This document shows, one piece after another, positions 25,965-38,457 of a stretch of DNA of 64,000 nucleotides (position 1 is its first letter; each line of letters opens with the position of its first letter). Made by a program: the position numbers and the translations under genes. Source of the DNA: Eledone cirrhosa (taxonomy: Eukaryota); assembly GCA_964016885.1 (NCBI GenBank), contig OZ024743.1:11470001-11534000 (forward strand). Direction: 5' to 3'. The notes beneath the pieces are model-generated. The model saw only the letters and a program-made list of their open reading frames with translations, made no database searches and was not told the DNA's origin.

Positions 25965-27485
25965 TTGCCAGATAAAATAGTGAAACGCGCAATTTGGTTT
26001 GGTTTTCAACACTTGTAAACGTGGCCCCAAGATACTTGAACTTCTCCACCTGCTTCAGTGAAATATCACATCTAGCGTGCACTATGCAGGCTTCCCTGAG
26101 GGGCGAGTGTCTCAGACTTCGCAGCATTGATTTTCATTCCTGCCGAGCAGCACTTGGCATCAAACCCACCAAGTTCATGTCGGGAATCATCTTCTAACGT
26201 GTTAAGTGACATCATGTCGTCCGCAAATTCCAGCCAACAGATTCTACACTCACCAGTCTCGATGCCACTTACAACCCAACTGCTCATGTCAATCCTGTCT
26301 GCGGAGGTTATGAACAAGCAAGATGACTAGGCACCCATGGCAGAGTCCGACTACCACATTGAATGGTTTCGATTTAAACACCATTTATCCGAACACAAAT
26401 ACTCGGCCATTCGTAAAGAGACATCAGGGCAGCAAGAAGCTGACCATCGATCCCATACTCCTGCAGGACCTTCCACAACATGTCCCGTGGAACGCGGTCA
26501 TATGCATTTTCGAGGTCTACGAAGCAAGAATACGCCTTTGGCAGTACTCCCACGATTTCTCTAAAACCTGCCGCAAGAGTGAATATTTGGTCGACTGTGC
26601 TGTGTCCGAAGCGAAAACCATAGTTCATCTGTTAGCTTGAACTCGATAATGTTCCTATATCTCTTTGCCAGACACTTAGTATGGACTTTACTTGGGAAGA
26701 TTAACAAGGAGATCCCTCTAGAATTGGAGCAATTTCTCTTGTCTTCTTTTATGAAAATTGGCGTTATCATTCCCGATTGCCTTTCCAGTGATTCAGGCTA
26801 CACAAGTTAACCAGAGAATACCTTTTCTATTTAAAGCTTTTAATATCTCAAGATGAATTTCATCCTCTCCAACAGCCTTGCGACATTTGAGCTCTTTAAT
26901 TGCTCTTGTGACTTCAGCCTCCGAGAGGTTAGTCATCGCTCCCAGATGCACCTCAAGTACATCTGATGCTGTTGTGACCGGGTTTAGGAGATCAGCAAAG
27001 TATTTTTTCCACCGCGCGAGAATGCACCTCTCTGAAGAGAGGAGAACCCCAGAAGTGTTCCTGATAGCATGAGTGGAGGAAATCTTTATTTGCTGATCGG
27101 ATTCCAGTTTAACCCCAAAGTCTCCCCATGTGTTAACTTTGTACACCTTTACTGTCCCTGCTACGACTTTTCGCGCCTGCTTATACCGCAAGTGCAAGAA
27201 GGATGACTTATTTCCAAGCCAAACATTGTAGGCCTCCTTCTTTGTACAGATGGCATCTTTGACCTCTTGATTGAACCAAAGGGTTCTCCTCGCACCCAGC
27301 ACCACACCAAGCCTCTTTCGCCCGCAGCATCTAACAGCTTAAACAGAAACTGCCGAACTGAACAGTCCACTCCGTTTCAACATCCTCAGTTTGCTCAGGG
27401 AGTTCTCTGAATTTGGATGCAATAGTATCCGCAAATCTGTTTCTGAGTTCCTTTTCTGTCAACGATTTCCATGTTATCCTATATT
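25965..27485 (-). mobile_element. Degenerate RTE (Expander/Rex3-like) LINE RT region
   Basis: KAVGEDEI, RGISLL, GFRFGHSTVDQIFTL, FVDLENAYDRVPR, FADD; multiple frameshifts. Confidence 0.88.
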
Positions 27486-27805
27486 TTAAAAAATAAATTG
27501 GATAGTGATAAAATATTTTCCCATTAAAAACATATTTTGTAGTATATCAACTATAAGAGAAAACTTTCGAGTTTTGTCAAATATTAAATGCAAAGTAAGA
27601 AATTGTTCTTATTCTTTCTTTTTCCTGTTGAATATTAAATATAAAGATCGTTGATTACAAATAGATATGTCATTATTAAATTAGAACTTTCTAGGTGTAA
27701 ACCCCATGGTCATTTGTGACCGAATTGAGTTTTTACCTCTACCCATAGAATGTGGGTTTTAACTCTCAATAATTCATGCATATGAACAACTTTTAATATT
27801 TTTAT

Positions 27806-28125
27806 GAATTTTGCCTTTCATCCTTACGGGGTCGATAAATAAAGTACGTCACGCACTGGGGTCGATTTAATCGAATTTCCCCTTCCCCAAAATTGCTGGC
27901 CTTGTGCCTATATAAGAAACCAACATTTTTTGTGAATTTTGACGACGCTAGCTCAATAGTACATAGATAATCACTTCTACTTAAAGCACAAAGCCAGTAA
28001 TTAAATTGAATAGTACTTCATTGGAACTCACCCCAGAAGGTTGAAAGGCAAAGTTAACCTCGCAGGGATTTGAACCCAGAACGAACATTAAGGCTTTGTT
28101 CGATGCCCTAACAATTCACCGCCCT
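27806..28125. mobile_element. Two family-1 SINE fragments in opposite orientation (27806-27920 +, 27975-28125 -)
   Basis: SINE core motifs. Confidence 0.7.
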
Positions 28126-29149
28126 CACAGTACATAAATAACTTCGACCATCCGACCGCAAATCGCGAGCTGAAAAATGTAATTTCTGTTAAAATTCGTT
28201 ATTTTAGTACCCACTAAATCTGCGGCAATAATTTACTAGTGGAGAACTTATCCTATATTGACAATCAAGAGAAGACATTTTCAATAAAATATAAAATATT
28301 TATTTTCTTTAGTATATACTTTCTAATTGTTAACTATATTTTAGAATAAAAGTTCACGAAAATGTTCCCGCCAATATTATTAAGGCCAATATAAAACTGA
28401 TAGGAGTTGTATATAACTGATATCATTTGTATACAACTGCTCGTTCTATTTGTAGGTTTCGTGGATAGTTGTAGAGGCAATAGTTTTTCTACACTATCAA
28501 AATAATTAAATAAAAAATGGGCAATGTCTATAATTATTTAAAAAAAATATAGTTTAAAGATATAAACCAGCAACAAATGGTGTTTAGTATTATTTGTGTC
28601 CGAACACCAGACAACCAGGCCGATTGTTTATATTAAACTTCTCTCTCACACACGCACACTACTAAAAAAACAAACAAAATGCCTGTGTGTATGTATATGT
28701 ATGTCAACTGAGTGTGAACGTAGTCGCTGATATGATAGCTCAATCTAGAAAGTAATCGTATATTTCTGTTTAATTACATTTGTATATAAATACAGAGGTT
28801 ATACAATATTTTTTACAAGTCAACTTCAATGGGGTGGAATAAATTTGATATATATAGCATCCATGTTTGTATCATTTAAATATTCATTTAGATATTTTTG
28901 TATTTACGCATATCATCAGTCGAATTTAGAAATAAGTAAGATTTGTCAACGAAGCCGACGTTGGAAAATAATAGAGAGGGTGTGTTTTTTTTTGTTTTTT
29001 TTTGATGGCTTAAAACGTCAGTCACGTAGTAACTTAATTTTGGTACGCTTACGAATCAAGGGAGATCATTCTTCATGATAACTCTGCCGCTATGTTGTCT
29101 GCCGCTGAGATGTGCTGATTAATTATTTTTTTAAAGAGAAATTAAAAAT

Positions 29150-30605
29150 GAATTTATTGAATAAACGTTATACAATGATGAAGATAGTAAAAAAAGGATA
29201 AACACAAAACTAAATAATGAAAAAAAAGGAGAAGGGGGTAAAGAAGGGCAGATCTGGCTGTATAGGAATATAAAGGAAATGATTATAAATGCCATAAATG
29301 AGAAGAAAAAGATAGAAAGGCCAAGGACTATTAGGCAAAGGCATTTCCGCGGACAATGGTCACGTCCACCTCGCCGGGCTCCTTCCCCAGACAGGCTGCT
29401 GTCGTTCCAATTTTACGGGGGAGCTCGGCTGTACGGGGTCCGAGGACGCCTGAGGCCTCGACGGTTACTTGTACAAAGAAAAAGCGGCAGGACAAACCCC
29501 ATTATTTGCTTGTCTTCCTGTTGTCTGCATTGCAGGCCGCAGGTACCGTTGTTTGTAGCCGAAGCGACTAACTTGGAGGAGGAAAATCTGACAGAGCATG
29601 TTGTGTGTCAAATGAGAGATTTACCTCCTTCGAATGCCATGAGGGTAATTTAATCAGGCGCTTGCCGTCTCTGCAGGCTCCAGTTGTAATGGGAAGCCGG
29701 CTGTACCCAGGCTCCTTCCTATTATATTGTTGAGTGCGGCATGTCGGAAAAACTAGCTTGCGCTCTGGCGGCATGACAGTGGGTGCAGGCCAAATTCATC
29801 GACGACAGCTCCACAACGACATTTATGTGAATCACATACGGGGAGGCTGAGGTGTTGGACCACTCCGATGCGAGTGCACTCATCAACAAGGTTACCGGCT
29901 GATGAAGAGGGCACCAAATTGAACCATACACCGCTGTCTAGCTGCGAAGCGGAATGGATGCAGGCTAGGTAGTGTTGGTCCAAGACAGACTCGATCCGCC
30001 AGAAGGTAGTCCTGCACTTAATGTCGTCCCAGTTACATTGGGCATTTGTATACTAGGGGACAGAGAGTCCTTTTCCTGTCCAGTCGGCTAGAACCCGCTT
30101 CAGTTCTAGGACTATGTTAGGTTCTGCTTTCTTGCTGAGGACCTCACAAATGAGGGTGCGATTGGAGGAGGTTGGGGAGAGGTAGGCCGGCAGTGCCAGA
30201 CCCAATGCGGATCCTAGGCTGAGGCCATCGAACCTCACAGGGAGCTTCGCCCGTAGCCAGCCGGCACTGTTGAAACCGATATTGCAGATGAGTTCCACAC
30301 AGCATCGGGTGATGACATAGAGTTCACAGAGGCAATCTGCGTGAGGGTGACAAAAATTTGGGAAGGGCGAAGCTGTTCCTCTTGAGTCGAGTGCACGGCA
30401 AAAAGGCGCAACTTCTCCGCCATTCTCGGCAGGTCTCCGGGCTTGGTCAACAAGGCACTCTTGTATGGCTTTCGAGAAAATTGGAGAGCTGAAAATGCAG
30501 GTGGCGTCTTTGAACGTTAGCCAAGCTTCGGGCAAGATGGGATTAATGCTGAATACGGCCTCATCGTAGCTAACGTTTACCACTTCAGACTTGAATGGGA
30601 TCTAT
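29150..30605 (-). mobile_element. CRE-clade retrotransposon fragment (thumb, Zn knuckle, RLE)
   Basis: LPVRFDGLSL..ALPAYLS; CRCGAVVDEFGLHPLSC; RHAALN; DGKRL; frameshifted. Confidence 0.85.
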
Positions 30606-31126
30606 AAAGGGAGAGAACGAAGAGAAAAGATGTATAGACCTTAAAAAGAGGAAAAAACCCTCACAAAGAAAATGTTTTTCTTTAGAAAATTAGATATCTA
30701 AATGCATGACCGAATGAAAGAGAGCAAGTAAAATCAAATATAAAGGCGGGGGTGGCGGGGCGAGGAGGAGGGGAAAGCAAAGAATGAAAAAATTGAATAA
30801 ATAAATAAAATAAATAAATATATTGTTATAGTGGGCAATGCTTGACTAAAAGGAAAAGTCAATGATTGAGGTTCGATACTTTTCCCCCTCTCTTCTCTCC
30901 CTCCCACGCAGCTGCAGCACTCCAACCGAACGGCTATCAAGCTACACCGCGTACTGGAAGATTTCCTTTGGGCGTAAATTAAAGATAAGAATAAAATAGA
31001 ATTAGGGAGCTCAACCATCAACTTCATTCGCATTACGTTTTTTTTTTTTTTTGTTTTTTCCCTTTGTTTTTGTTTTTCCGGGAGGCTGCGTGTCCCTAGA
31101 CCCCAAAGTGGGGTCTCGGGATATGC

Positions 31127-31346
31127 AACCGGCTGGAGACCCAGGGGTAAACCCTGAGCCAGATGGTTGGATAAGATCCATGAGCTTGGCTGGTCTCGCT
31201 TGAAAATCCAGCCGGATCAGTTGGAGACGATTGCTTCTGACAGAACCCGCTGGAGGGTGTGTTTGAGGACTCTGCCCCCATGACCCTCCCCGGAATAAGA
31301 GAGCGGAGAAGAAGAAGAAGAAGAAGAAGAAGAAGAAGAAGAAGAA
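31127..31346 (+). mobile_element. RTE (Expander-like) LINE extreme 3' end with (GAA)n tail
   Basis: RPRGKP*ARWLDKIHELGWSRLKIQPDQLETIASDRTRWRVCLRTLPP, then (gaa)n. Confidence 0.8.
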
Positions 31347-31735
31347 AAAAGAGGGAGGAGGAAGGAAGAAAATGAAATAGTTAAAACATAAAACGAAACG
31401 AAAACAAAGAACAAAGTTGAACTAAGGGAATTAACTCAAATCTTTGTGGAATTTTCTGGGCAAAATATTGGTGTGGAAACACAAGGGTAACGCAAAATTC
31501 TGGAATAACAGAATAACAAATAACAGCTTTCCCCCGATTCTTGCCTTCAATGGCAACAACTACATCCAGAAAAAAAGATCAGAAGAATTTTGAAAGAACA
31601 TAAACACATGTACATATCTTCAAACAGATATGCCTTGCACGAGTTATTTCCCTTCAGCTTGTAGCTATATTCCGATAGAGGGTCTCAATCAACTTGAAAA
31701 AGCCTTTAGTGAACAATAGGGTGACATATAAAATA

Positions 31736-31811
<76 letters not shown>

Positions 31812-32259
31812 AATACATTATCGGAGAAAGCTAATAGCGATACTCCGGCCAAATCCCAACTCACTCAACAAACATTAGGAAATAAGTGAGTCTATTCCTA
31901 ATTAAACTTTCGGGGTGCTAACTAATTGTATTGTGTGGAAAATTGGCTGTATTATTTCATATGAGATATATCAAATATATATATATATATATATATAATC
32001 GGTGTTGGATGCTTAAAGCGTCCATATGCGGTAAATAGGAAAATCTGCTTCGTAGAATCAAGACGTATCTGAGGACCTTGCGATTTTCGGAGTCAGGTTC
32101 GATCATCACATCGATTGTGCCTTGAGCTCGTCGCCAGAGAAACGTTTATCGTTTTCGGTGCACCCGGCCGATTAACCCACTCGATATGCAAATTGGGCTA
32201 CTCAGCCGTTAATATGCATAAGGTAAGTATACACGTTCAACAATCTGGCAGGAAGGTAT

Positions 32260-32302
32260 ACGTTGCTGACGATAGCTAATAAGCTTGAAACTAGTACAGC
32301 GT
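32260..32302 (+). ncRNA. Minimal type-I hammerhead ribozyme
   Basis: acgttg-CTGACGA-t-agct-aata-agct-t-GAAA-cta-GTA-cagcgt: 6-bp stem I, palindromic stem III actagt, GUA triplet. Confidence 0.85.
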
Positions 32303-32631
32303 TCCTTTGTCAGTGTTGAACAAACGAGCAACGGTGGTTGCTAGACACTACGGCTTAATACGGGATGTTTGTTTACAAACACACCGAGCATTATAATAAA
32401 TGTTCGGTGAATCCATACGTACATATATATGTGTGCATGTATGTATATATATATACATACTACTGTACGTCTGTATACATATATGTATGTACGTGTACAT
32501 ACTTACATTTAAGTAACAGTCGTACTAAGAGTGGGAAATTAAATTTCGTTTCATTTTTTCCGTTTATATATATATATATATATATATAAGTTAAAACAAT
32601 GAAATAAAAAATCAAGTGATTAGAGATATAC

Positions 32632-32668
<37 letters not shown>

Positions 32669-32707
32669 ATATTAAATAAATGGAAACTATATTTATAAAA
32701 CCATATT

Positions 32708-32768
32708 TATTCTATTATATATATTTCAAGGGTACCAAAACTTTGGTACACTCTCATCAGATAAAATA
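32708..32768 (-). ncRNA. Hammerhead ribozyme, left arm of palindrome 32666-33000
   Basis: Exact reverse complement of 32898-32958. Confidence 0.78.
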
Positions 32769-32897
32769 CAAAGTTTGTTTTATAAATATTGACATAACCA
32801 GGAATAGGATCTTAACAGTTCAAGTTATTCCTGGATAGAAAACTTGAACAGTAAGATCTTCTTCCTGGTTATGTCAATATTTATAAAACAAACTTTG

Positions 32898-32958
32898 TAT
32901 TTTATCTGATGAGAGTGTACCAAAGTTTTGGTACCCTTGAAATATATATAATAGAATA
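32898..32958 (+). ncRNA. Hammerhead ribozyme, right arm of palindrome 32666-33000
   Basis: tattttat-CTGATGA-gagtgtaccaaa-gt-tttggtaccctt-GAAA-tatat-ATA-atagaata; 8-bp stem I; AATAAA follows. Confidence 0.78.
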
Positions 32959-33122
32959 AATATGGTTTTATAAATATAGTTTCCATTTATTTAATATCAT
33001 TTAATATCATTTAATATCATGTAATATCATGTTGTTGTCTGGCACGTTCGTATAGTACTGAACCGTTTTTTCGTTCTTTTAGCCCCCCCCCCCCCCAGTG
33101 TTGGTCTATCCTTTCACCTATG

Positions 33123-34091
33123 CTACGAACTGTCTCGCCTATGTATGTTGTTTGTTGTTGTCATGTTTCTGCAAGTACCCTCTGTACATATGCTATAGAC
33201 TACGTTTCTAGTTTTACAGTTTATCCGGGGGTTTACTTTGCATATAATACATTTCCTATTAGTACAGTGGGTTTTCTTAAAAGGGTATGTTTTGCTGATC
33301 AGGGATTTTATGGAAGTTCCTGGCTTTTCTACCACCTTAATCTTTAAGTGGGTCTTTCTCAGGACCTTTCTACACTGGTTAGCTAATTTCCCTCCAGGGG
33401 TAGCGTCCACGAACATGACACTCTGGTATCTCTGGTTGTCGTACCATGAGGTGGCTTTCCCTATCTTATGTTTAGTCCTATCTAAGCTATTCCATGATTT
33501 GCTCCTGTATAATGGGCAAATTCCTTTCATGTCCAGTTCTATGAGGGTCTTATACTTCTCCATGACTCCTTCGTATACTCTGACTCTGTCTCTTTGGTTG
33601 TAGCCAGAGAACTGCATGCGGTTGATGAAGTGTTGGATGTGTCTTTCCATTTCTGTTGGGTTGCACATGTGTGACACGTTCTTCATCACTCGTACCAAGT
33701 CTGCCATCAGAATATTAAACCTAGCACTACTGGACATTGATGAGTTTTTGAGTATCAGGTATTTGGAGGCCATGGGTTTAGCGTAGTGTGAGTAGAGAAT
33801 TTGGGCCTTCTCGTCTATAGTGTTAATCCAGAGTTCCGTGTCTAATACAGGTAGTCTACTGTTAGGGTGTTTGGAAGGGTAGTCGATAGTTACAGTTATA
33901 CTCTGGTGTATGGAATTAGCTATCTGCTGGATGCTTTCCATTGTGCTACATTCTAAATCATATTTGTTAGTACTCTCTTGTGCGGATGTTCTTATTACTA
34001 TATTGATATCGTCTACGTAACGAGAGTACATGATGAGGTCTATGGAGCTCTCATCAAGGAGATCTTTGAGTCTCCTTTCCCACCATACCAT
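33123..34091 (-). mobile_element. Penelope-like element ORF fragment (RT C-half, Cys linker, start of GIY-YIG)
   Basis: YSRYVDD, LPVLD, YAKPM, CxxxxCxxC..C.TRNVVYSIC; 322 codons open, truncated at both ends. Confidence 0.9.
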
Positions 34092-34296
34092 AAAACCATA
34101 AAAAGGTTGGCAACGTCACCAGCTTGCTGACGCCAATGGCTGCTCCCTCATTTTGGGTGTAGATCTTCTATATATATATAGTGGTATTTTATATGTCACC
34201 CTATTGTATACTAAAGCCTTTTTCAAGTTAAGATCTTCTATGGCAATAGAACTATCTCTATTTTTCCTTATGTCAGGTCGATCTCGAGTGCTACTG

Positions 34297-34810
34297 GTAA
34301 CATGTAACCCAATACAACCTGTCTCATGGTCGGGTCGTCGGTGACTAAACCAGCAAACCCACCAAGCTAGCTTGGTGAGAAGGGTGATATTAGGACACCC
34401 TGCAGGATGAAATAAAAGACCTGGCAAAGGGCAGAAGAACTCAACAGAGTCAGCGGTCATCCAAATAGTACTTTTTGTTTTACCTGGGAAAGCCCCCAGT
34501 TGTTGTCTCAACAACTTTCTAGGAGAGGGAAACTCTGAAAAAAACCTGTGGCTCCAGAAGCATCCGAGGATGTTGACCAGTTCTCCTTTTCAAGTAGTGT
34601 TTTCGATGCTCAGAAAGTGGGATTGGTCGAGTGAAAGGCCTTTCCCCACTTAAAAAACCTTCAAAGCACAGGCATTGCTTGTTCAGGATATGTTACAGGT
34701 TTGTGTGGCTGGCTATAGCCTAAAATAGCACCAAACTTTATAATCTGACAAGCGATTGCAATACTTTTAGCAGAGTTTGCAGCCATCATAACGTAGACAA
34801 CCCATGGAAA
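34297..34810 (+). repeat. Interspersed repeat, possibly an RTE 5'UTR-derived element; related shorter copy at 37353-37500
   Basis: Shared tacaacctgtctcatggtc(g/a)ggtcgt and gcacaggcattgctt blocks; ctaggagagggaaactctga motif. Confidence 0.5.
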
Positions 34811-35858
34811 AAAAAAGATCTTAAACAGTGATTATGATGATGATGACAATAATATATATATATATATATATTTATATTTGTTTCTACTTTTGGCACAAAA
34901 CCAGCGATTACCCCAGTGTATTACTGGAACTTTATTTTATCGACCCCGTAAGGATGAAAGGCAAAGTTAACCTCAGCGGGATTTATATATATATTTATAT
35001 ATATGTCTATATATTTTTTACCCCCCTCTGCCAGTCTCTCTCTCAGCTGGCCTCTTCCTCACACTTTCACTCACTCACTCTCTGCTACTCCCCCTCTCTC
35101 ACTTCCTCCCGTTGACCTGCGTGAAATCCTTTTCTCGCTCACATCTCACGCAGGTCGGATGGTCTTTACCTCTCGTCTATGATTTCACAGAACTTAAGTT
35201 CATAGATATCACGGACTTGTCTCTTCTCTTCCTCTCTTTCCGTTGCTTTACCATCTTTGTTTGTTTACATGTCTCGCTCGCTTCACCCTATTTTACGTGT
35301 CCTAATAACTCTCTTTAGTTATTGCTCGCACCAACCAGAGGTATATGATCTTTAAAGCGAAGAAATACCAATGAAGGTTGGAAGATCACTGATGAAGGAC
35401 TAATTTTATTCATATGCAACCCATTTGCAACTACGCAGCACGCCATTTTTCATATATATATATATATATATATATAGAATACACAAGAATCAAAGCTATG
35501 TTAGAATATTTAATTGCTGACAATTGTTTCTTCCAAGCCTAGGATTGGAGTCTTCGGAGCATTATTAATAATGTTTGTACATATAATCAACCTCTTATTC
35601 TGCTGAAGAGTCATACAGATACATATTGTGGACAACAGTGTGGGATGGATGCGACATATATTATGTTATACTATAATTGTACAATAAGATTCAAAATTAC
35701 AATTACAATAATATATATATATATATATATATACATAATTTATTGATGTTCATACACAGAACAAAAGCACTACATAAGGTTTCAAGACCCAACATTGAGT
35801 ATATAAGAGGGATCAAAATTGTGACATCATTTTCAAGGACTTTAAACTCCTTTGTTTA

Positions 35859-35945
35859 AGCATCTGAAGATTAGGTCACAATTTTGATCTCTCTTACAAT
35901 CTAGAGATTTGGTCAATATTGGGTCTTGAAACCTTAGGTAGTGCT
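35859..35945 (+). ncRNA. Hammerhead ribozyme with long stem II, right arm of inverted repeat 35738-35973
   Basis: agcat-CTGAAGA-long stem-GAAA-ccttag-GTA-gtgct; the mirror arm is degenerate. Confidence 0.65.
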
Positions 35946-36094
35946 CTTGTTCTGTGTATGAACATAAATAAATAGTATATCAGCTTTCATCCTGATTCAG
36001 CACTGTTTCCCTTTTTCTTTTTTACACCTACATATATTTCCACACACATACACAGTGCACTTGAGCACTGTACACAATCATTTTCATTATTATT

Positions 36095-36341
36095 GCCCTA
36101 GCAGTCAGGATGACCGTACCTTTTTCTGGGCTTTCTTCACAAGTGGCTCTCCAAAGTCTCCCAACTATTCGGGAATTTTTCCTTGTTTCATTTTTTTTTT
36201 GTTACATTCTTTGTTCTTGTTTTTTATATATATAATTTTTTTTTTTACACGCAGAAATGCTCATTTGTACTGTCCTGTGCTGTCCTTAATGTTATACTTT
36301 ATGTCAACCCTTGTGGTTAATAAAGAAAGAATTATTATTAT
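36095..36341 (+). mobile_element. 5'-truncated Tx1 3'UTR copy
   Basis: Aligns with 2890-3125 (ctgggctttc..acgcagaaatgc..cccttgtggttaataaagaaa). Confidence 0.85.
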
Positions 36342-36468
36342 CGAGGCTAACTTTGCCTTTCATCCTTACGGGGTCGATAGAATATAGTACCAGTCACGCA
36401 CTGGGGTTGATTTAATCGACTTTCCCCTGCCCCCAAAATTGTTGGTCTTGTGCCTATATAAGAAACAA
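36342..36468 (+). mobile_element. SINE family 1, 5'-truncated
   Basis: SINE core, with (att)n on both sides. Confidence 0.8.
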
Positions 36469-36586
36469 TTATTATTATTATTATCATAAGTCAACCAATC
36501 ATATCATATTATTTGTTGTATTTTCATACACATACACACACACATATATATATATATATATAATTCTATTATATCGAAATAAATAT

Positions 36587-36930
36587 GGAGGCACATGGCT
36601 TAGTGGTTAGAGCATTGGCCTTGCAATCGAAAGGTTGTGAGTTCAATTATCAGACCGGGTGATGTGTTGTTTCCTTGAGCAAGACCCTTTATTTCACATT
36701 GCTCCAGTTTACTCAGCTGTAGAAATGAGATTGATAGGGACTGGGGTCCATATCATTCCACTGCAAAGTGGTCGTGGAGGTGCCACGACAAAAAAGCACC
36801 CAGCACTCACTGTAAATGAGGTTGGTGTTAGGAAGGGCATCCAGCTGTAGAAATCAAGCCAGCATCAGTTCCCGTCCCACCCTTGTAAGTAGGGAAAAAG
36901 CGGACGTAAAGTGAAATGAAAATGAAATGA
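36587..36930 (+). mobile_element. tRNA-derived SINE family 2 (CORE-like domain)
   Basis: A box tggcttagtgg, B box gagttcaatt, ccttgagcaagac core, tail ggttggtgttaggaagggcatccagctgtagaaa; second copy 55194-55530. Confidence 0.85.
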
Positions 36931-37815
36931 CAGGATGTACATATAATTACATAATAGCAAACTTGATATTTTTTTTCCAAAACAAATATGTTGAGAATAT
37001 AGATAGACTGAAATTACAAACACAAATGCCATAGCTGTGAAAAATCAACAGATACACAGATGTATCTCTATTACTTAATTACATGAATATTTCACATGAA
37101 AATCAAAATGAAAGGAAATATTAAGTCAACATTAAGAAATGTGGGTCAATCAGTCACGCATCACTTGGTGTGCCGTTGTCTCTGTCTAATACTTTTTGAG
37201 GAAAGTCAACACACTGGGAGTATTACTGTGGGTGATAGTATGGCTAAGGTGCTGGGACATATATATATATATACTGTATATATATATATGTATGTGTGTA
37301 TGTATGTATATATATATGTATGTATGCATGTATGAATGTATATATGTATATATGTAACATGTATCACAGTACAACCTGTCTCATGGTCAGGTCGTTGGTT
37401 AAGAGAGTGGGACTGGCTTTGTGCAGTGCCTTTGCTCACTATAAAAGCTTCACGGCACAGGCATTGCTTTATATCTGGAGATCTCTCTGCACTTGTCGTC
37501 ACATGGTACCATGGGCCCAGCACTATGTGTCAATAATTGTCACAAGTGTAGTGTTTGTACCAGAGTTTTCAAGTCGCTGGCTGGACTAAAAAGTCACACT
37601 CGTTCAGTGCATCAGTATGGGTTCTCCTACATGGATATAAAGTAGTGGAAAACGAGTTGGCAGCCACCATGTATATATGTATATATAGATATATGCTGTG
37701 CTGAATAGGACCCATCCCACCCTTGCAAGCAGGGAAAAGTAGATGTAAAATGATGATGATGATGATATATATATATCATCATCATCATCTATATATATCA
37801 TCATCAAAGTGCAGA

Positions 37816-37892
37816 CAGAGTGTTCCCAAAAAATGTATACACACTTCAACAGCATTCTAATCAAAGTGTGTATACATTTTTGGGATACCCTG
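37816..37892. mobile_element. Tc1/mariner-type mini MITE
   Basis: cagagtgttcccaaaaaatgtatacacactt / aagtgtgtatacatttttgggataccctg-TA. Confidence 0.75.
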
Positions 37893-38011
37893 TATATATA
37901 TATTGTTTTGTCTTTTTCATATTATTGGTGGTACATCCACTTCAATTGCATATGTACATATTGCAAATTCCTTGCAACAGAAACCAAAAGTGTGTCATGT
38001 GATCATGGGTT

Positions 38012-38389
38012 TTTGAGCAAATGGCCTTGCAGTGGAAGAACTGGAGATCTATGTATACGGGAATTTCCTGCATTTGTTTTCTCATCACACATTTTACCTA
38101 AAATTCCAGTATTTTATGAAGCCTTCCACATTTGCGATATTTTAATATATTGCCCCACAATGTTTTATTCGGAACATCTTTCGGCGGTAAAACAGGTTTG
38201 CGATTGTTGGTTTAAACAAAACTCTTTTTTATAACCAACCCGAAAATCATTAAAAATATAACGAGGATTAATATAATAGGTAATTTCCGGCACTATCATA
38301 TAGGAACGCCCTCCTTTGATATAATGTTAAAATCATTTAATGTGAAATATATACATACACACACACACCCTCTCTCTCACACACACACA

Positions 38390-38457
<68 letters not shown>

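Noticed and set aside
36587-36660. tRNA gene
   Set aside because: Has A/B boxes but continues into SINE core and tail; no acceptor stem.
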